DNA of 64,000 nucleotides from Eledone cirrhosa (taxonomy: Eukaryota), in assembly GCA_964016885.1 (NCBI GenBank), contig OZ024740.1:117490001-117554000 (forward strand), written 5' to 3'. The notes under the pieces are model-generated. The model saw only the letters and a list, made by a program, of their open reading frames with translations. It had not been told where the DNA came from and did not search any database. The translations under genes were made by a program, and so were the position numbers. Shown piece by piece: positions 34,151 through 47,431 of this stretch; the first letter of the stretch is position 1, and every line of letters begins with the position of its first letter.

Positions 34151-34373
34151 AATTAAAGATATACCTATGTTCTAAGCGCTCTTTGTTGTTAATTGTATAC
34201 ATATATATATACATATATATATACACATATATATATGTATATATATATATATATATACATATATATAGCAGTTGAGCAGTTGAAGTATAAGGACGTGTTT
34301 TTACTTCTCTCCCCGAGTAAGCAGCAAGTCACACAGCCACAAAACAAAACCACAAGACAAAACCAAACAAACA

Positions 34374-34577
34374 AAAATTGACCGGTTAATACATTTTCAT
34401 ACATCTATATTATTATATATTTGAAAATTGACCGGTTAATACATTTTTCATACATCTATATTATTATATATTTGAAACCACGTGTTTTCGAACTTGTGAG
34501 TACATTTTCCTTTAACTACAAATTATTATTATATACTTTCGTCTTTTCATTAACTTAATTAATTTCAAATAACCAGA

Positions 34578-34625
<48 letters not shown>

Positions 34626-34933
34626 TCATATTTATATATATACGCTTCTCACTCACACACAAGAAAAACAAAAAACAAAAATAAATCAAAAATAAATTTA
34701 AAAAAAAATATATATATATTGAAATACTTAACTAAAACACACACACACGAACTTGTGAGTACATTTTCCTTTAACTACAAATTATTATTATATACTTTCG
34801 TCTTTTCATTAACTTAATTAATTTCAAATAACCAGAATATACATATATATATATATATATACTCATATTTATATATATACGCTTCTCACTCACACACAAG
34901 AAAAACAAAAAACAAAAATAAATCAAAAATAAA

Positions 34934-34967
<34 letters not shown>

Positions 34968-34996
34968 TGAAATACTTAACTAAAACACACACACAC
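34374..34996 (+). repeat. Tandem duplications in the LINE 5' UTR (~50 bp x2 and ~255 bp x2)
   Basis: AAAATTGACCGGTTAATAC... at about 34374 and 34424; CGAACTTGTGAGTAC... at about 34489 and 34748. Confidence 0.88.
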
Positions 34997-35007
34997 TCAA
35001 AACTAGA

Positions 35008-36168
35008 ATGGCTAACCAGCAAAAATCCAAACAGAACTGGTCTGATAATGAAATCGACATTCTAATAAACACATGGCATTGCCTTTCCCAAACAGAAAAT
35101 ATAGATGCTTCATCTCTGAACGACATTGCTAAACGTACAGTTCAATTTTTGAAAACTCGATCTGAACAACAGATTCAAAATAAATTAAAGCAAATCGAAA
35201 TTGCTTTTAAATTAATCAATAAACATTTGGATAAACTACGGTGTGTTTTCTCTTCGAATGCTGTCCAGCAGCAGCAACAACAACAACAGCAGCTACAACA
35301 GCAACAACAGCAACAGCAACAACAACAACAACAGCAACAACAACAGCAACAACAACAACAACAACGACAACAACAGTGTGAACCACTCCTTGATTCATCA
35401 ACAATGGCCGATCTACTAAATGAAACTATTGACCCCCCAGTGGCCTCTGTCTCACAGCATGAAACGCCACATCCTTTCTCTGGCCCAGCAGTCCAATCAT
35501 CACCACTGCCAACATCTCTGCCTACTACTACTACTACTACTACAACATTTTTGTCTACTGCTATGTCAAGGAATTTACCTTCTAATACCAGAACAAGAAC
35601 TCTCCCTCCCACAGTCCACAAAGGTCGTCAAATCCTACCCAAACCATCATCTACACCTCTCACAACACCCACACCCACATACCCACCCACTCGAAACCCC
35701 ATCATTTGCCGCTACTCTCTACGCTATAGAATATGTACGGATAGTGGCTGCAAATTCACCCATTTACCTAGGACAAAACGATCTATCCCCACAAACAGCC
35801 ACCACCATAATACATACTCTAATTTAACACCAACACAACCACCAATAACTCAAACAAGGAATCCACAAATCTGCCGTTTTTCCCTGCGAGACAGATTGTG
35901 TTTAGACCGGGATTGTCCCTTTACCCATCTCCCGGGGACCCGTCGGATAAATGAAAATAAAATTAAAAATAAAAGCAAAAACAAAAACCATAACCTACAT
36001 AAAAATAACCACTACCACAGTCACCAACAGTCTTCTAAACAGGAAACTTCTTCCTCTTTTTTAGCCATAATGAATCTGGCAAAAGAACTGGAAAAAAACA
36101 TTCGAGCTATCACCCAGCACCACCCTCCACTATCACCCCACTGCACAAACTCCCATTGCTGCCATTAA
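35008..36168 (+). CDS. LINE ORF1: Myb/SANT-like N-terminus, polyQ, Thr/Pro-rich linker, two CCCH zinc fingers
   Basis: WSDNEIDILINTW...RSEQQIQNKLK; CRYSLRYRICTDSGCKFTH; CRFSLRDRLCLDRDCPFTH. Confidence 0.85.
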   Translation: MANQQKSKQNWSDNEIDILINTWHCLSQTENIDASSLNDIAKRTVQFLKTRSEQQIQNKLKQIEIAFKLINKHLDKLRCVFSSNAVQQQQQQQQQLQQQQQQQQQQQQQQQQQQQQQQQRQQQCEPLLDSSTMADLLNETIDPPVASVSQHETPHPFSGPAVQSSPLPTSLPTTTTTTTTFLSTAMSRNLPSNTRTRTLPPTVHKGRQILPKPSSTPLTTPTPTYPPTRNPIICRYSLRYRICTDSGCKFTHLPRTKRSIPTNSHHHNTYSNLTPTQPPITQTRNPQICRFSLRDRLCLDRDCPFTHLPGTRRINENKIKNKSKNKNHNLHKNNHYHSHQQSSKQETSSSFLAIMNLAKELEKNIRAITQHHPPLSPHCTNSHCCH

Positions 36169-39100
36169 CAAACAAACAAATTAACAACACACCAAAACAA
36201 TTAAAACCATCCACTCTCGCCTCTACATTTTTGCTTAACGCCCAAGGCATCAGCCCTTCCACCAATACTCAAAAATGGAAGATCAAATTCCTGGAGGACT
36301 GGATTGATGTCCATCCAAACCACATCCCTTTCTTCGTCCTCACTGAAACCCATCTCAGTAACCTCCACTTGGAAGCCGAGGTGAAAGTGAAAAATTTCAA
36401 AGCCATCCGTGCTGATCGCGCTGGCAGAAGAAAGGGCGGAACTGCCATTTATGTCCATAATTCTTTCTCAACAGAGGCTATGAACATATTCACTAATGGA
36501 TACTGTGAGGCAGTCACTGTATTCAGTCAAACCAACAACCTATTAGTAGTTGGGCTCTATAGGCCACCCCAAACGCCTGTACCATGCTTCAAGGAATGCC
36601 TCAACAGCATAAAGTGTTTCATCCAAGAGTGTCACCCTGACAACATCTTAATGATGGGGGACTTCAACCTCCCCGGAGTTGACTGGTCCACAAACACCCT
36701 GCCACCAGGTTCTTCTGCCTCAACCTCTGACAGGGAAGCTGTGGAATCGCTTCTTGACTTCATGGATGATTTCTTCCTATCCCAACTAGTGCTCGAACCA
36801 ACGAGGTGCCACAAAAACGTCCTAGACTTAATTTTCAGCAATCACACTGACAATATCCACAATATTGCAGTGGAGAAAACTCTACTCTCTGATCATGACA
36901 TGGTTCTCTGTGATCTGAGTTTCCACCGTCCAATATACAAACCCAATGTCATTTCTCCTGTCCATCCGTTTGACGCTATGGATTTCCACAATGCAAACTG
37001 GGAAGCGATCAGTCATGATCTTGCACATGTCGACTGGTCCTTCACGCACACTCATACACCCACTAACATCAAAAAGTCCTGGCAGACATTTGTGGACACT
37101 GTTACAAACATATGTGCTAAACACACCCCATTAAGAACTATAAACAAATCTAAGAGCAGAATCCCTAGAAATAGAAAAACACTCATCAGAAAAATTAAGA
37201 GAACGAACAAAAAAATCAACAAGCTGAAATACTGTCAGCAGCAACACATCAACTTGACTGCCATTTCATCACTAGAGATTAAAAAACATAACCTCCAAAA
37301 CAACATAATGTCCCTCATCAACAATCAGAGAAGAGCTGAAGAGGCCTGGGCCATTGAGAAGATCAAACTCAATCCCAAAGTGTTCTTTTCATTTGCAAAA
37401 AAACACAAAATCACTGGCTCTACTGTTGGCCCTCTAATTGATGAAAATGGCACTCTTCAAGACAATGCTAAAACCATGGGTGAGATACTGCAGAAACAAT
37501 ACTGCTCTGTTTTCAGCAATCCTGATATGGCCGATCTGGGCTGTATCGGCGATGTTACTCCCCATTACACCTTATCGGACATAACGTTTGGCGCCCCTGA
37601 TGTCTTGGCGGCAATAAAGGAAATCAAGCATAATTCAGCAGTAGGTCCCGATAGGTTCCCTGCTTGTGTCTTGAAGGCGTGTCAACACCAACTTGCTTCT
37701 CCTCTTGCCAATCTGTGGCGGAACTCACTGGATGCTGGATATGTGCCAGAAAACCTTCTATCCCAGTCTGTTGTCCCAGTTTTCAAAAAGGGAAACAAAT
37801 CCCTTGCCGTGAATTACCGTCCAATCTCACTCACCTCTCATATCATTAAGGTATTTGAGCGAGTGGTGAGATCGCGAATGACCCACTTCCTTGAGAGTAA
37901 CAATATGCTGAACTCCAACCAGCATGGATTCCGTAATGGAAGGGATTGCCTGACGCAACTACTGCATCACTTTGATGACATTTTGAGAGCCTTGGGAGAG
38001 GGTTCCAACACTGATGTTATCTACCTTGATTTCAGCAAGGCCTTTGACAGGGTTGATCATAACATTCTACTGAGAAAGCTGTCCAATATTGGTGTCACTG
38101 GAAAGCTGCTGCAGTGGATCAAGAGCTTCCTGTCAAACAGAACCCAACATGTTGTAGTTGAGGGAGTCAAATCAAGCCCAGCCAAAGTCAGTAGTGGAGT
38201 CCCACAAGGCACTGTGTTGGGCCCACTTCTCTTCATCATCTATATTAATGACATCACTGACATCATCAAACACAGCAACATTAAAATTTTCGCTGATGAT
38301 TCCAAGCTCCAAAAGGTCATCAATGGCGTGGATGACCGGATAAGCCTTCAGTCAGACCTACTGGCTGTTACCCAATGGGCAGAAAAGAACAACATGTTAC
38401 TGAACGAAGACAAATTCGAACTGATCCACTTTGGAAAAGAGGATGCTCTGAAACTCCCGTACTCCCTTCCCTCCGGGGAAACTCTCGTGGCATCTAACAA
38501 CATCAGAGACTTGGGAGTAACCGTGGACAGCAACATAAGCTGGACCACGCATATAAGCAGCAAAGTTGACATGGCCCGCAGAATGTGTTCCTGGATCCTC
38601 AGAACCTTCCAGTCGAGAGATTCCCGCACCATTATCCTTCTCTTCTCTACTTTCGCCCGACCACACCTTGAATACTGTTGTCCACTGTGGTCTCCCCACA
38701 CGAAACAAAGTATCATGAAACTTGAAGCTCCTCAAAGGGCAATCACGAAAAAGATAGATGGCATGTCAGACCTTGACTACTGGGGTCGATTGGAAAACCT
38801 GAAACTTTACTCACTCCAACGTCGCCGTGAGCGTTATATTATCTGCATGATGTGGAAAATGTTCCATCATCACTGCCCAAATGATGTTGGCATCGCCTTC
38901 AAGATACACCCAAGGCTTGGGCCCCGTGCTATCCGTCCCATTCAAAAATCTAAATCGCAACTCATAACAACAATACGGCACAATTATTTCACCTCAATCG
39001 GCCCTGCTCTCTTCAACATCACACCAGGACACGTCAAAACAGAAACTGACCACACAAAATTCAAGAAGTCTTTGGACAAATTCCTCCAAGTAATCCCGGA

Positions 39101-39176
39101 CAAACCACCCACACCCGGATATGTCTCCGCAAACAGTAATTCTCTTCTCGAATGGGCCATGGTGCCCAAATCCTGA
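36057..39176 (+). CDS. LINE ORF2: APE endonuclease plus reverse transcriptase; start placed at the predicted frameshift site
   Basis: [58 protein letters not shown]. The frame is open from 36039. Confidence 0.93.
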   Translation, partial: FFSHNESGKRTGKKHSSYHPAPPSTITPLHKLPLLPLTNKQINNTPKQLKPSTLASTFLLNAQGISPSTNTQKWKIKFLEDWIDVHPNHIPFFVLTETHLSNLHLEAEVKVKNFKAIRADRAGRRKGGTAIYVHNSFSTEAMNIFTNGYCEAVTVFSQTNNLLVVGLYRPPQTPVPCFKECLNSIKCFIQECHPDNILMMGDFNLPGVDWSTNTLPPGSSASTSDREAVESLLDFMDDFFLSQLVLEPTRCHKNVLDLIFSNHTDNIHNIAVEKTLLSDHDMVLCDLSFHRPIYKPNVISPVHPFDAMDFHNANWEAISHDLAHVDWSFTHTHTPTNIKKSWQTFVDTVTNICAKHTPLRTINKSKSRIPRNRKTLIRKIKRTNKKINKLKYCQQQHINLTAISSLEIKKHNLQNNIMSLINNQRRAEEAWAIEKIKLNPKVFFSFAKKHKITGSTVGPLIDENGTLQDNAKTMGEILQKQYCSVFSNPDMADLGCIGDVTPHYTLSDITFGAPDVLAAIKEIKHNSAVGPDRFPACVLKACQHQLASPLANLWRNSLDAGYVPENLLSQSVVPVFKKGNKSLAVNYRPISLTSHIIKVFERVVRSRMTHFLESNNMLNSNQHGFRNGRDCLTQLLHHFDDILRALGEGSNTDVIYLDFSKAFDRVDHNILLRKLSNIGVTGKLLQWIKSFLSNRTQHVVVEGVKSSPAKVSSGVPQGTVLGPLLFIIYINDITDIIKHSNIKIFADDSKLQKVINGVDDRISLQSDLLAVTQWAEKNNMLLNEDKFELIHFGKEDALKLPYSLPSGETLVASNNIRDLGVTVDSNISWTTHISSKVDMARRMCSWILRTFQSRDSRTIILLFSTFARPHLEYCCPLWSPHTKQSIMKLEAPQRAITKKIDGMSDLDYWGRLENLKLYSLQRRRERYIICMMWKMFHHHCPNDVGIAFKIHPRLGPRAIRPIQKSKSQLITTIRHNYFTSIGPALFNITPGHVKTETDHTKFKKSLDKFLQVIPDKPPTPGYVSANSNSLLEWAMVPKS

Positions 39177-39290
39177 ATTGAAAGACTTCGCCAGGTGGTG
39201 CTATTAAGTTAGACATGGCCTGGGCCAATACTGGCCAAAACATTTCAAAGTTATTCAAAGTTATATATACATATATATATATATACATAC

Positions 39291-39321
<31 letters not shown>

Positions 39322-39322
39322 C

Positions 39323-39375
<53 letters not shown>

Positions 39376-39866
39376 CATATACATATATATATATACATAT
39401 ATATATATACATATATATACATACATATATATACATATATATATATACATATACATATATATATATACATATATATATACATATACATATATACATATAT
39501 ATATACATATACATATATATATATACATATACATATACATATATATATATACATATATATATATACATATATACATATATATATATACATATATATATAC
39601 ATATATACATACATATATACATATATACATACATATATACATATATATATACATATATATATACATATATACATATATACATATATATATACATATATAT
39701 ATACATATATACATATATATATACATATATACATATATATATACATATATATATACATATATATATACATATATATATACATATATATATACATATATAT
39801 ATACATATATATATACATATATATATACATATATATATATATATACATATATATATACATATATAC

Positions 39867-39899
<33 letters not shown>

Positions 39900-39948
39900 C
39901 ATATATATATACATATATATATATATACATATATATATACATATATAC

Positions 39949-39981
<33 letters not shown>

Positions 39982-39982
39982 C

Positions 39983-40015
<33 letters not shown>

Positions 40016-40016
40016 C

Positions 40017-40095
<79 letters not shown>

Positions 40096-40142
40096 CATAT
40101 ATATATACATATATATATATATACATATACATATATATATAC

Positions 40143-40293
<151 letters not shown>

Positions 40294-40348
40294 CATATAT
40301 ATATACATATACATATATATATACATATATATATACATATATATATAC

Positions 40349-40393
<45 letters not shown>

Positions 40394-40404
40394 CATATAT
40401 ATAC

Positions 40405-40449
<45 letters not shown>

Positions 40450-40488
40450 CATATATATACATATATATATATATACATATATATATAC

Positions 40489-40581
<93 letters not shown>

Positions 40582-40630
40582 CATATATATATACATATAT
40601 ATATACATGTATATATATACATATATATAC

Positions 40631-40693
<63 letters not shown>

Positions 40694-40722
40694 CATATAT
40701 ATATATACATATATATATATAC

Positions 40723-40759
<37 letters not shown>

Positions 40760-41269
40760 CATACATATATATATACATACATAGCAAACAGCACGGACAC
40801 TCTATCTCAAAATTATTTTTGAAAAGCATTTAGAAATGCGCAACCGGTAAAAACTTAAAACCACAACTGAATACTAACCCATACAATCACTAATACTCTT
40901 TTATTCCTAATTAAACCATTTTTCAACTGTGAACAATTTGTCAGCATTTTCTATTCCGTTTACCAATATATTCATATATATATACATATATATATATACA
41001 TATATATACATATATATATACATATATATATACATATATATATACATATATATATATACATATATACATATATATACATATATATATACATATACATATA
41101 TATATATACATATATATACATATATATATACATATATATACATATATATACATATATATATACATATATATACATATATATATACATATATATACATATA
41201 TATACATATATATATACATATATATACATATATATACATACATATATATATATACATATATATATATAC

Positions 41270-41316
<47 letters not shown>

Positions 41317-41345
41317 CATATATATATATACATATATATATATAC

Positions 41346-41385
<40 letters not shown>

Positions 41386-41697
41386 ATAAATATATATATA
41401 TATTTATTTATATATATATATATATATTATGTATATAGAAGTTAACAAGGTTTTAAGACAAAATACCTGAAAAGAGCATTCTGTATGAGCGTTCATATAT
41501 ATGCAAATATAATCTCGCTGCCGGAATATCGTGTGTTGAGATAAATTCCAATCAAATTAGACTATCTTCACAATTTTACGTTTGGAACATCTAGATATGT
41601 TAGACCATGAATCCAGAAAGTTAGATAACTCCTATAGCCCTGATTGAAATATTAGACTCTTTCTAGTCAATTGTTAGACAATTTTCCACAAGCCAAC

Positions 41698-41838
41698 TTT
41701 CAAATGAATATGCTTCACTGAGGAAATCTAATAAAATTGAACATATCTCTGGCTTTCACGTAATTGGTTTTAGTTAGATCTCCTCAGTGAAGCATATTCA
41801 TTTGAAAAAATCAAACATATCTCTGGCTTTCATGTAAT
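41698..41838. repeat. Interleaved short inverted and direct repeats
   Basis: TTTCAAATGAATATGCTTCACTGAGGA from 41698 is inverted at about 41781-41807. AACATATCTCTGGCTTTCA.GTAAT occurs at about 41740 and 41814. Confidence 0.85.
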
Positions 41839-43894
41839 AGGCAAGGTCTATAAAGCTTAAATCAGCTAGGGGTGATAACGTTCTGATAATATAATGCTTT
41901 GCGAAAATGATTGTCATTTTAAATGTGATAGCTTGGAATCGCTTAATTTAAAAAAAGGGGGTCTTATTTGGTCTTTTTGTTAACAAAATTAAACGGGCAT
42001 ATGATCTTTTAGCTGTGGCATCTGAAAGAAATTTATTTCAATAACTCATCGACTAAACCTAAAACTTAATATACGACATAACCATCATTTTTGTAAGGTT
42101 GTGTGAAATAGCATTGAAGTGAAGAACTAGAGTTTGACAGTAGAATTGTTGGAAAACAGTAATTCGATTAAATAAAATGTTAAACATATTTTGTAATTTT
42201 TATTCTCTCTCTTCCTTTTTTATCCCCTTCTATCTCTTTCCTTCTCTCTCTTACCCTCTCGATGTTTGCGAGAGAGCGAATGTGTGAGCGTGTTTGTGTG
42301 TGTTTTCAGAATTCTAAACAAAACAAGTGGAGTGATGACATGTTAAAAACACATATACACCCTTGCTACAAGAAATCGGAATGACTAGAATGTTGTATTC
42401 TGAAGAGGAATTCCTAGTATTATAAGAGGAGGTTAAAACTGTAAGCAAGTAAATAAAAGACAGCCTACTAAACACATTAAAGAAACAATTCATTTGTCGT
42501 ATCTTGAACCACAAAATCTGCTCGTATTTAATACGTGGCTGCCGAACGACTGTGCTATCTTTTAATGTTCGGTTCAGTTGAGCTATTGACAGATATATTA
42601 CATTTCTTAAAGCGCCCCTCTTGCCCAGTGCTGGAGCTATTAGTAGGTGGTGTTAAAAGTAAGGATAACAGTATCGCTCAAATACTAAATACATATATAA
42701 ATCAGAGAGCAGAAATATTTGTAATTAACTTTCTTTTCCCACACAGCTCATTCTCCAGATGATATTTACCAATAGGACTAAGGTAAGGCTGATTGCTGCC
42801 TTAGTAATTAGACACAGGGAACGCAGACACACACACGCATCCACACACATAAACATAAGTCACACACATAAACAGAACATACCCGCATGTACACAGACAC
42901 AGGCACTGGCAAAAACAACCACATAAACAAAACCGTTTATATGTTTATATACACATACATGCACAGACACAAACAAACAAACACACACACAAACACACAC
43001 ATACATATATATTATATTATTTTATTTTATATTACATATGTGTGTATGTGTGTGTCAGCGTGTGAGTATCTATATATGTATATATACAGGTGTGAGCAAT
43101 AGATATATAATGTAAAAGTTGAAAATATGTGTTTTAACAAGTTAACTTATTCGTGCATTACAGGTAGTTTCGTTAGACATGCGTTCTATTATACACATTT
43201 GCAAATTATTGTGGCCAACTTTGCTTTTCAGATTAAAAAAATTAAATGATCCGATACTCGGTGGGAAAAGTGATAACAAAATCTGTCGTGAGCAGTGTGG
43301 TGACAGTTAAGTGTCTCCGAGTAAAGAAGTTTGTGATAGGCTCTGATAATATATTAAAAATGACACTTAATACAGAATGTCTTCATTACTATCTTTAATG
43401 AAAATAATTCATAGTTGATATTGAGAAATCGACAGCAACAGGCGAGGTAATATTTTAAAAATTGTGATTCTTGAGGCTTTATATACTCTATGGTACTAAA
43501 CACTGTTACGTTGTATCCAATATGAAGACATGAAATACCCATGTCGATAAGATATTGATATTGAACTGAAGGTTGTGACTTCAAATATGTAGTATATTTT
43601 TCTTGCCTAAAGATTTAATTTACTAAATTGCTTAAAGACTTAATGCACTACATCGCTTCAGCTAGCTGTCGGAATAACCACCACGATTTTCAAGGAAAAT
43701 TTGTCACCTTGGAGAAATTTATCAAATAATATAACAATATTTGTCCTAAGAATATGCGTGATACATATAATAATTTGTTTATATTCAATATAATTTATAT
43801 TGTAATTTACACCTCATGAATATTAGAATTAAAAATTATTCTCACCAACTCGCGATTATTTGTATATGTAAGTATGCAGATGCACTATAATAAT

Positions 43895-44425
43895 TATTTC
43901 TACTTTTGGCACAAGGCCAGCAATTACCTCGGTGCATTACTGGTACTTTATTTTATCGACCCTCGTAAGGATGAAAGGCAAAGTTAACCTCGGCGGGATT
44001 TGAACTCAGAACGTAAAGAGCCGCAACTCTATATTGCAAAGCATCGTGTTTGACGTTCCACCGTTACTGCCAATCGACCGCATTATAATAATTGTTTCTA
44101 CTTTTGGCACAAGGCCAAATATTTTGCAGTGTATTACTGGTACTTTATTTTATCGACCCTGTAAGGATGAAAGGCAAAGTTAACCTCGGCGACCGCACTA
44201 TAATAATGGTTTCTTATATAGGCACAAGGCCAACAATTTTGGGGGAGGGGAAAGTCGATTTAATCGACCCCAATGCGTGACTGGTTCTTTATTTTATCGA
44301 CCCCGTAAGGATGAAAGGCAAATTTAACCTCGGCTGGATTTGAACTCAGATCATAAAGGGCCGTAACTATATGCTGCAAAGCATGGTGTCTGACGCTCCA
44401 CCGTTACTGCCAATCCATCGCACTA
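43895..44425 (-). mobile_element. Three tandem tRNA-derived SINE copies (octopod type)
   Basis: TTTATCGACCC..GTAAGGATGAAAGGCAAA..TAACCTCGGC core repeated three times, followed by GGATTTGAACTCAGA in the first and third copies. Confidence 0.88.
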
Positions 44426-44836
44426 TAATAATGAGAAATATTATATGGTGTGATTATTTACTCTTATGGCGGTTATCTGTTATCGTGGCCGAGCTATCTT
44501 TTTATTCACCTCAAATGCATGGGGGTCGAAACCCACCACCGCTAACTTAGTAAGATTTTTATTTTCTGATATGTATTTATTTTGAAATTCTACTATATTG
44601 TCTAAGGTAAAGACGTTTTGTAATGCATGGAAAAATGTCATGGAAAAATGCATTGAATTATAAAAAAAATCACCCACTCACAATAACAATTATATGACCA
44701 TTTGTGTGTTAAAACGATTAATTTATATCCTAAATAATCTATACTGTAATTTATTTCAAATTAATTTTCCATAAAATAAAAGATATTCTCGTCAAATCAT
44801 GACGGTTGCTCTCTGTAATACACTATTATAAACAAG

Positions 44837-44919
44837 AATGTTACGGCTGAGTGCTCCAAGATGCTGATTTAAAGCACCAGTCTCTTCGGCAGCGTTGGTT
44901 CAAATCCCCACCGTTGTCA
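44837..44919 (+). pseudogene. tRNA-Leu pseudogene
   Basis: GCACCAGTCTCTTCGGCAGCGTTGGTTCAAATCCC matches the intact gene, with many substitutions elsewhere. Confidence 0.75.
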
Positions 44920-45347
44920 ATTTTGTTGTTTTCAAATGTTATATTTTCATATTGTACTATATTGTCTATCGTATGTAGATTTCCTGTTCTGTTGATATTG
45001 TTGGACACAGTCATCGAGCTTGTGTAAAACCCAAGTCTATAAAATATTAACATTCAACTGAAGAATGTGAGTTCAAATAAACAGTATTATTTCAATTTGC
45101 TTGGCTGTTGACTCATTAATGTACAACTAAAAGTATATTACAGTATCACGTAAAATTGTTGATCGGTGTAGTGATTGAAAGAGAAACATAAACATCCAAT
45201 TCTAATATATTCTCCGATTCATAAATTAATTAGTATACATCCATTATATTTTGAAATATAATTTATACTAAACTATGTTATTATGTACTGTTTTCTATAC
45301 TTCGAAGAGAGGAGTTGATATCTCTTCTGTATACAAATACTTTATGT

Positions 45348-45420
45348 GGTAGCGTGGTCAAGTAGTTGGTTTAAGGCGCCAATCTCTTCGAACATGTACG
45401 TTCGAGTTACACCGTTGCCA
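45348..45420 (+). pseudogene. tRNA-Leu (AAG) pseudogene with D-arm deletion
   Basis: GGTAGCGTGG...GGTTTAAGGCGCCAATCTCTTCG...GTTCGAG...GTTGCCA. Confidence 0.8.
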
Positions 45421-45818
45421 ATTTGCTATTGTAACAATGATTTTAACGTGGCATCAAGTCATTTGTATTTTATTTATTTATTTTCTTTTTTGCACGCGCC
45501 AGGAATCGATGAGGAATTCCTTGATAGAGACGATGGTAAGAAACGTCTCTATGTGGCAAAATTATATCTAATGATATTGTAATTGGTTGGTACGGTTATA
45601 ATATACTCATATCTGTTGTCGCTAACTTCGCTATTCGCTTCGAAAGCGTGTGTTCAAATGACGCTGCTGCCGTTTTGTTTATTTTATTTCGTTGTGTTTT
45701 GAAGAGTCTACGAAAGTATGTAAGTTAGATCAATTGCTTATGCTGTTATTCATAGATATTTTTTTCAATCGATATAAAAAGAAAGAAAAACTTAAACAAA
45801 CAACTCTAATATATTGGC

Positions 45819-45869
45819 AATGCCCCAGCATGTCCTCAGCCTATCGGCTGGAACACGTAAGAGAGTAAT
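45819..45869 (+). mobile_element. 3' tail fragment related to LINE family 1
   Basis: TGCCCCAGCATG...GGCTGGAACACGTAAGAGAGTAA resembles 22189-22236. Confidence 0.6.
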
Positions 45870-45960
45870 AAATGATTAGTTTGTGTCCACGATATTGTGA
45901 AGTAAATTTATACCAAACTATACTATTATGTACTCTTTTCTATACAGTCAGTATTTATGT

Positions 45961-46042
45961 GGTAGCGTGGCCGAGCGGTCTAAGGCGCTGGTTTTAGGCA
46001 CCAGTCTCTTCGGAGGCGTGGGTTCGAATCCCACCGCTGCCA
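45961..46042 (+). tRNA. tRNA-Leu (anticodon TAG), intact
   Basis: GGTAGCG/CGCTGCC-A acceptor, anticodon arm CTGGT-TTTAGGC-ACCAG, variable arm CTCTTCGGAG, GGTTCGAATCC, and a T-run terminator at 46044-46052. Confidence 0.96.
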
Positions 46043-46473
46043 GTTTTTTTTTATATAATTGTTAAAGACCTGTTTTTTGTTTGTTTATAATAAGCATCCA
46101 CACACTTACGCATGAACACACCACAGGTGTAAGAGTGAGGTTCAGGTTTCCATTATTTCTGACATGTAAAATGGCGGTGGATTGGTAGAGCACCGGACAA
46201 GATGTTTTGCAGCATATAGTATTAGCTTTGAAAGGCACGTGTTCAAATCCCTCTGCTACTTTTTGGTAAATTTATTTTAACGTATTTCTTTTAAAATCCT
46301 ATTAATTTGTCTAGTCTGTTATTCAAATAGAAATTTTTCAGTCGATATAAAAAAAAAAAAATTATTTTAATATATTCCGTGATTCATAAAATTCACGTTC
46401 AATATATTTTGAAGTATAACTTTTAACAAACTGTGCTATTGTGTTTTTTTACCAACACGCTTACTATTTATGA

Positions 46474-46555
46474 GGCAACGTGGTCAAAGGTTCTTAGGTG
46501 CTGGCGTAAGGCCCCAGCCTCTTCGGAGGCGTGAGTTCGAATCCAACCGCTAACA
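46474..46555 (+). pseudogene. tRNA-Leu (AAG) pseudogene
   Basis: CTCTTCGGAGGCGTGAGTTCGAATCC is retained; the acceptor stem is broken. Confidence 0.8.
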
Positions 46556-46734
46556 ATTTCTTTTAGTAACTGTATTTAATATACCATCATGCAATTTTTG
46601 TTTACAATTCTTACAACAGGCATACGCACGCATAGACACACTAATACACACACAGACCCCCCAAAAAACTCTCAACGCATAAGAGACGTATATATTTAAA
46701 AATACTTTAGTAGTGTATAATGGGAATAAATCAA

Positions 46735-47104
46735 CATCATCCGGCGGCCTCAGGCGAAATCGACACAACAATTGATCTCCACGTCGGTCTGTCGTTCATT
46801 GCCGCCGCCAAATCCTGGATTTCAATACCAGAATCTCTGGAGATGACATCGGGATGGGAGAGCTTGCGCCCCCTGTTATTAGTGACTGCTTGTGGTTTCC
46901 AAAGCATTAATGGGGAAACAGCCTCATAGGTGGCACGATGGCAGTGGCCATTAAATCTTACTCTCCTTTTACGTACAACGACAGATATGCGTGGGAGGCC
47001 GGCATATATTTCTTTCAAAGTCAGATGTCGCCAGCTTATGTTCTGAATGAGTTGAAGCAGGTGAGTGTCGATGTCATCAAGGCGCTTTTGTTGTTTGGAT
47101 GAAA
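46735..47104 (-). mobile_element. RTE-group LINE 3' fragment
   Basis: RVRFNGHCHRA...LMLWKP...RGR...AAMNDRPTWRSIV, with a short TGA-repeat tail. Confidence 0.8.
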
Positions 47105-47431
47105 GTATGAGACGCAGGTAAACGGAGGCTTGGGTTTCAATTCCAGCGCTGCAATCTTTGTAAATTTATTTCGTTTTATGATATATATTATTTTGAAACT
47201 TTAATGATCTCTAATGTCCCTTCATTTCTTATGTTGTTGTTACTGATATGACCAAGTCTTGGACAGGTGCTATACTGTGCGTTGCGTCTGTCAATGTAAG
47301 CACTGAGATGGAGTCATAACAGATAAAGTAATTCCTAGAAAACTCGATCTTTAGAAGACATAAAATAAAATGTGCTAGAAATGAGGAAGGATTAGAAACA
47401 AATTTATAAGATGGTCAGGTGAAGAACATCT

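Larger units (their letters stand above)
29729..34193 (+). mobile_element. PLE family C: 5'-truncated GIY-YIG plus ~2.8-kb 3' region, with an upstream inverted pseudo-LTR
   Basis: 29817-31001 is the reverse complement of 33197-34193. The endonuclease remnant reads NCRRASSCPLNGFC...IVYAC...TYIGST...CNLCLME. Confidence 0.9.
34268..39263 (+). mobile_element. Apparently full-length CR1-group LINE family 2 with intact ORFs
   Basis: ~740-nt 5' UTR, ORF1 of 386 aa, uninterrupted ORF2 of 1006 aa, short 3' UTR and (TTCAAAGTTA)2 tail, with (TA)n on both sides. Confidence 0.96.

Noticed and set aside
34494-34502. GTGAGT splice donor in the LINE 5' UTR
   Set aside because: There is no convincing polypyrimidine acceptor before the ORF1 ATG.
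35175-35621. Poly-Cys ORF on the minus strand
   Set aside because: It is the antisense reading of the CAA/CAG polyQ tract in LINE ORF1.
43895-44425. Regularly repeated motifs resembling a CRISPR array
   Set aside because: They are tandem SINE copies in eukaryotic DNA, with no unique spacers or cas genes.
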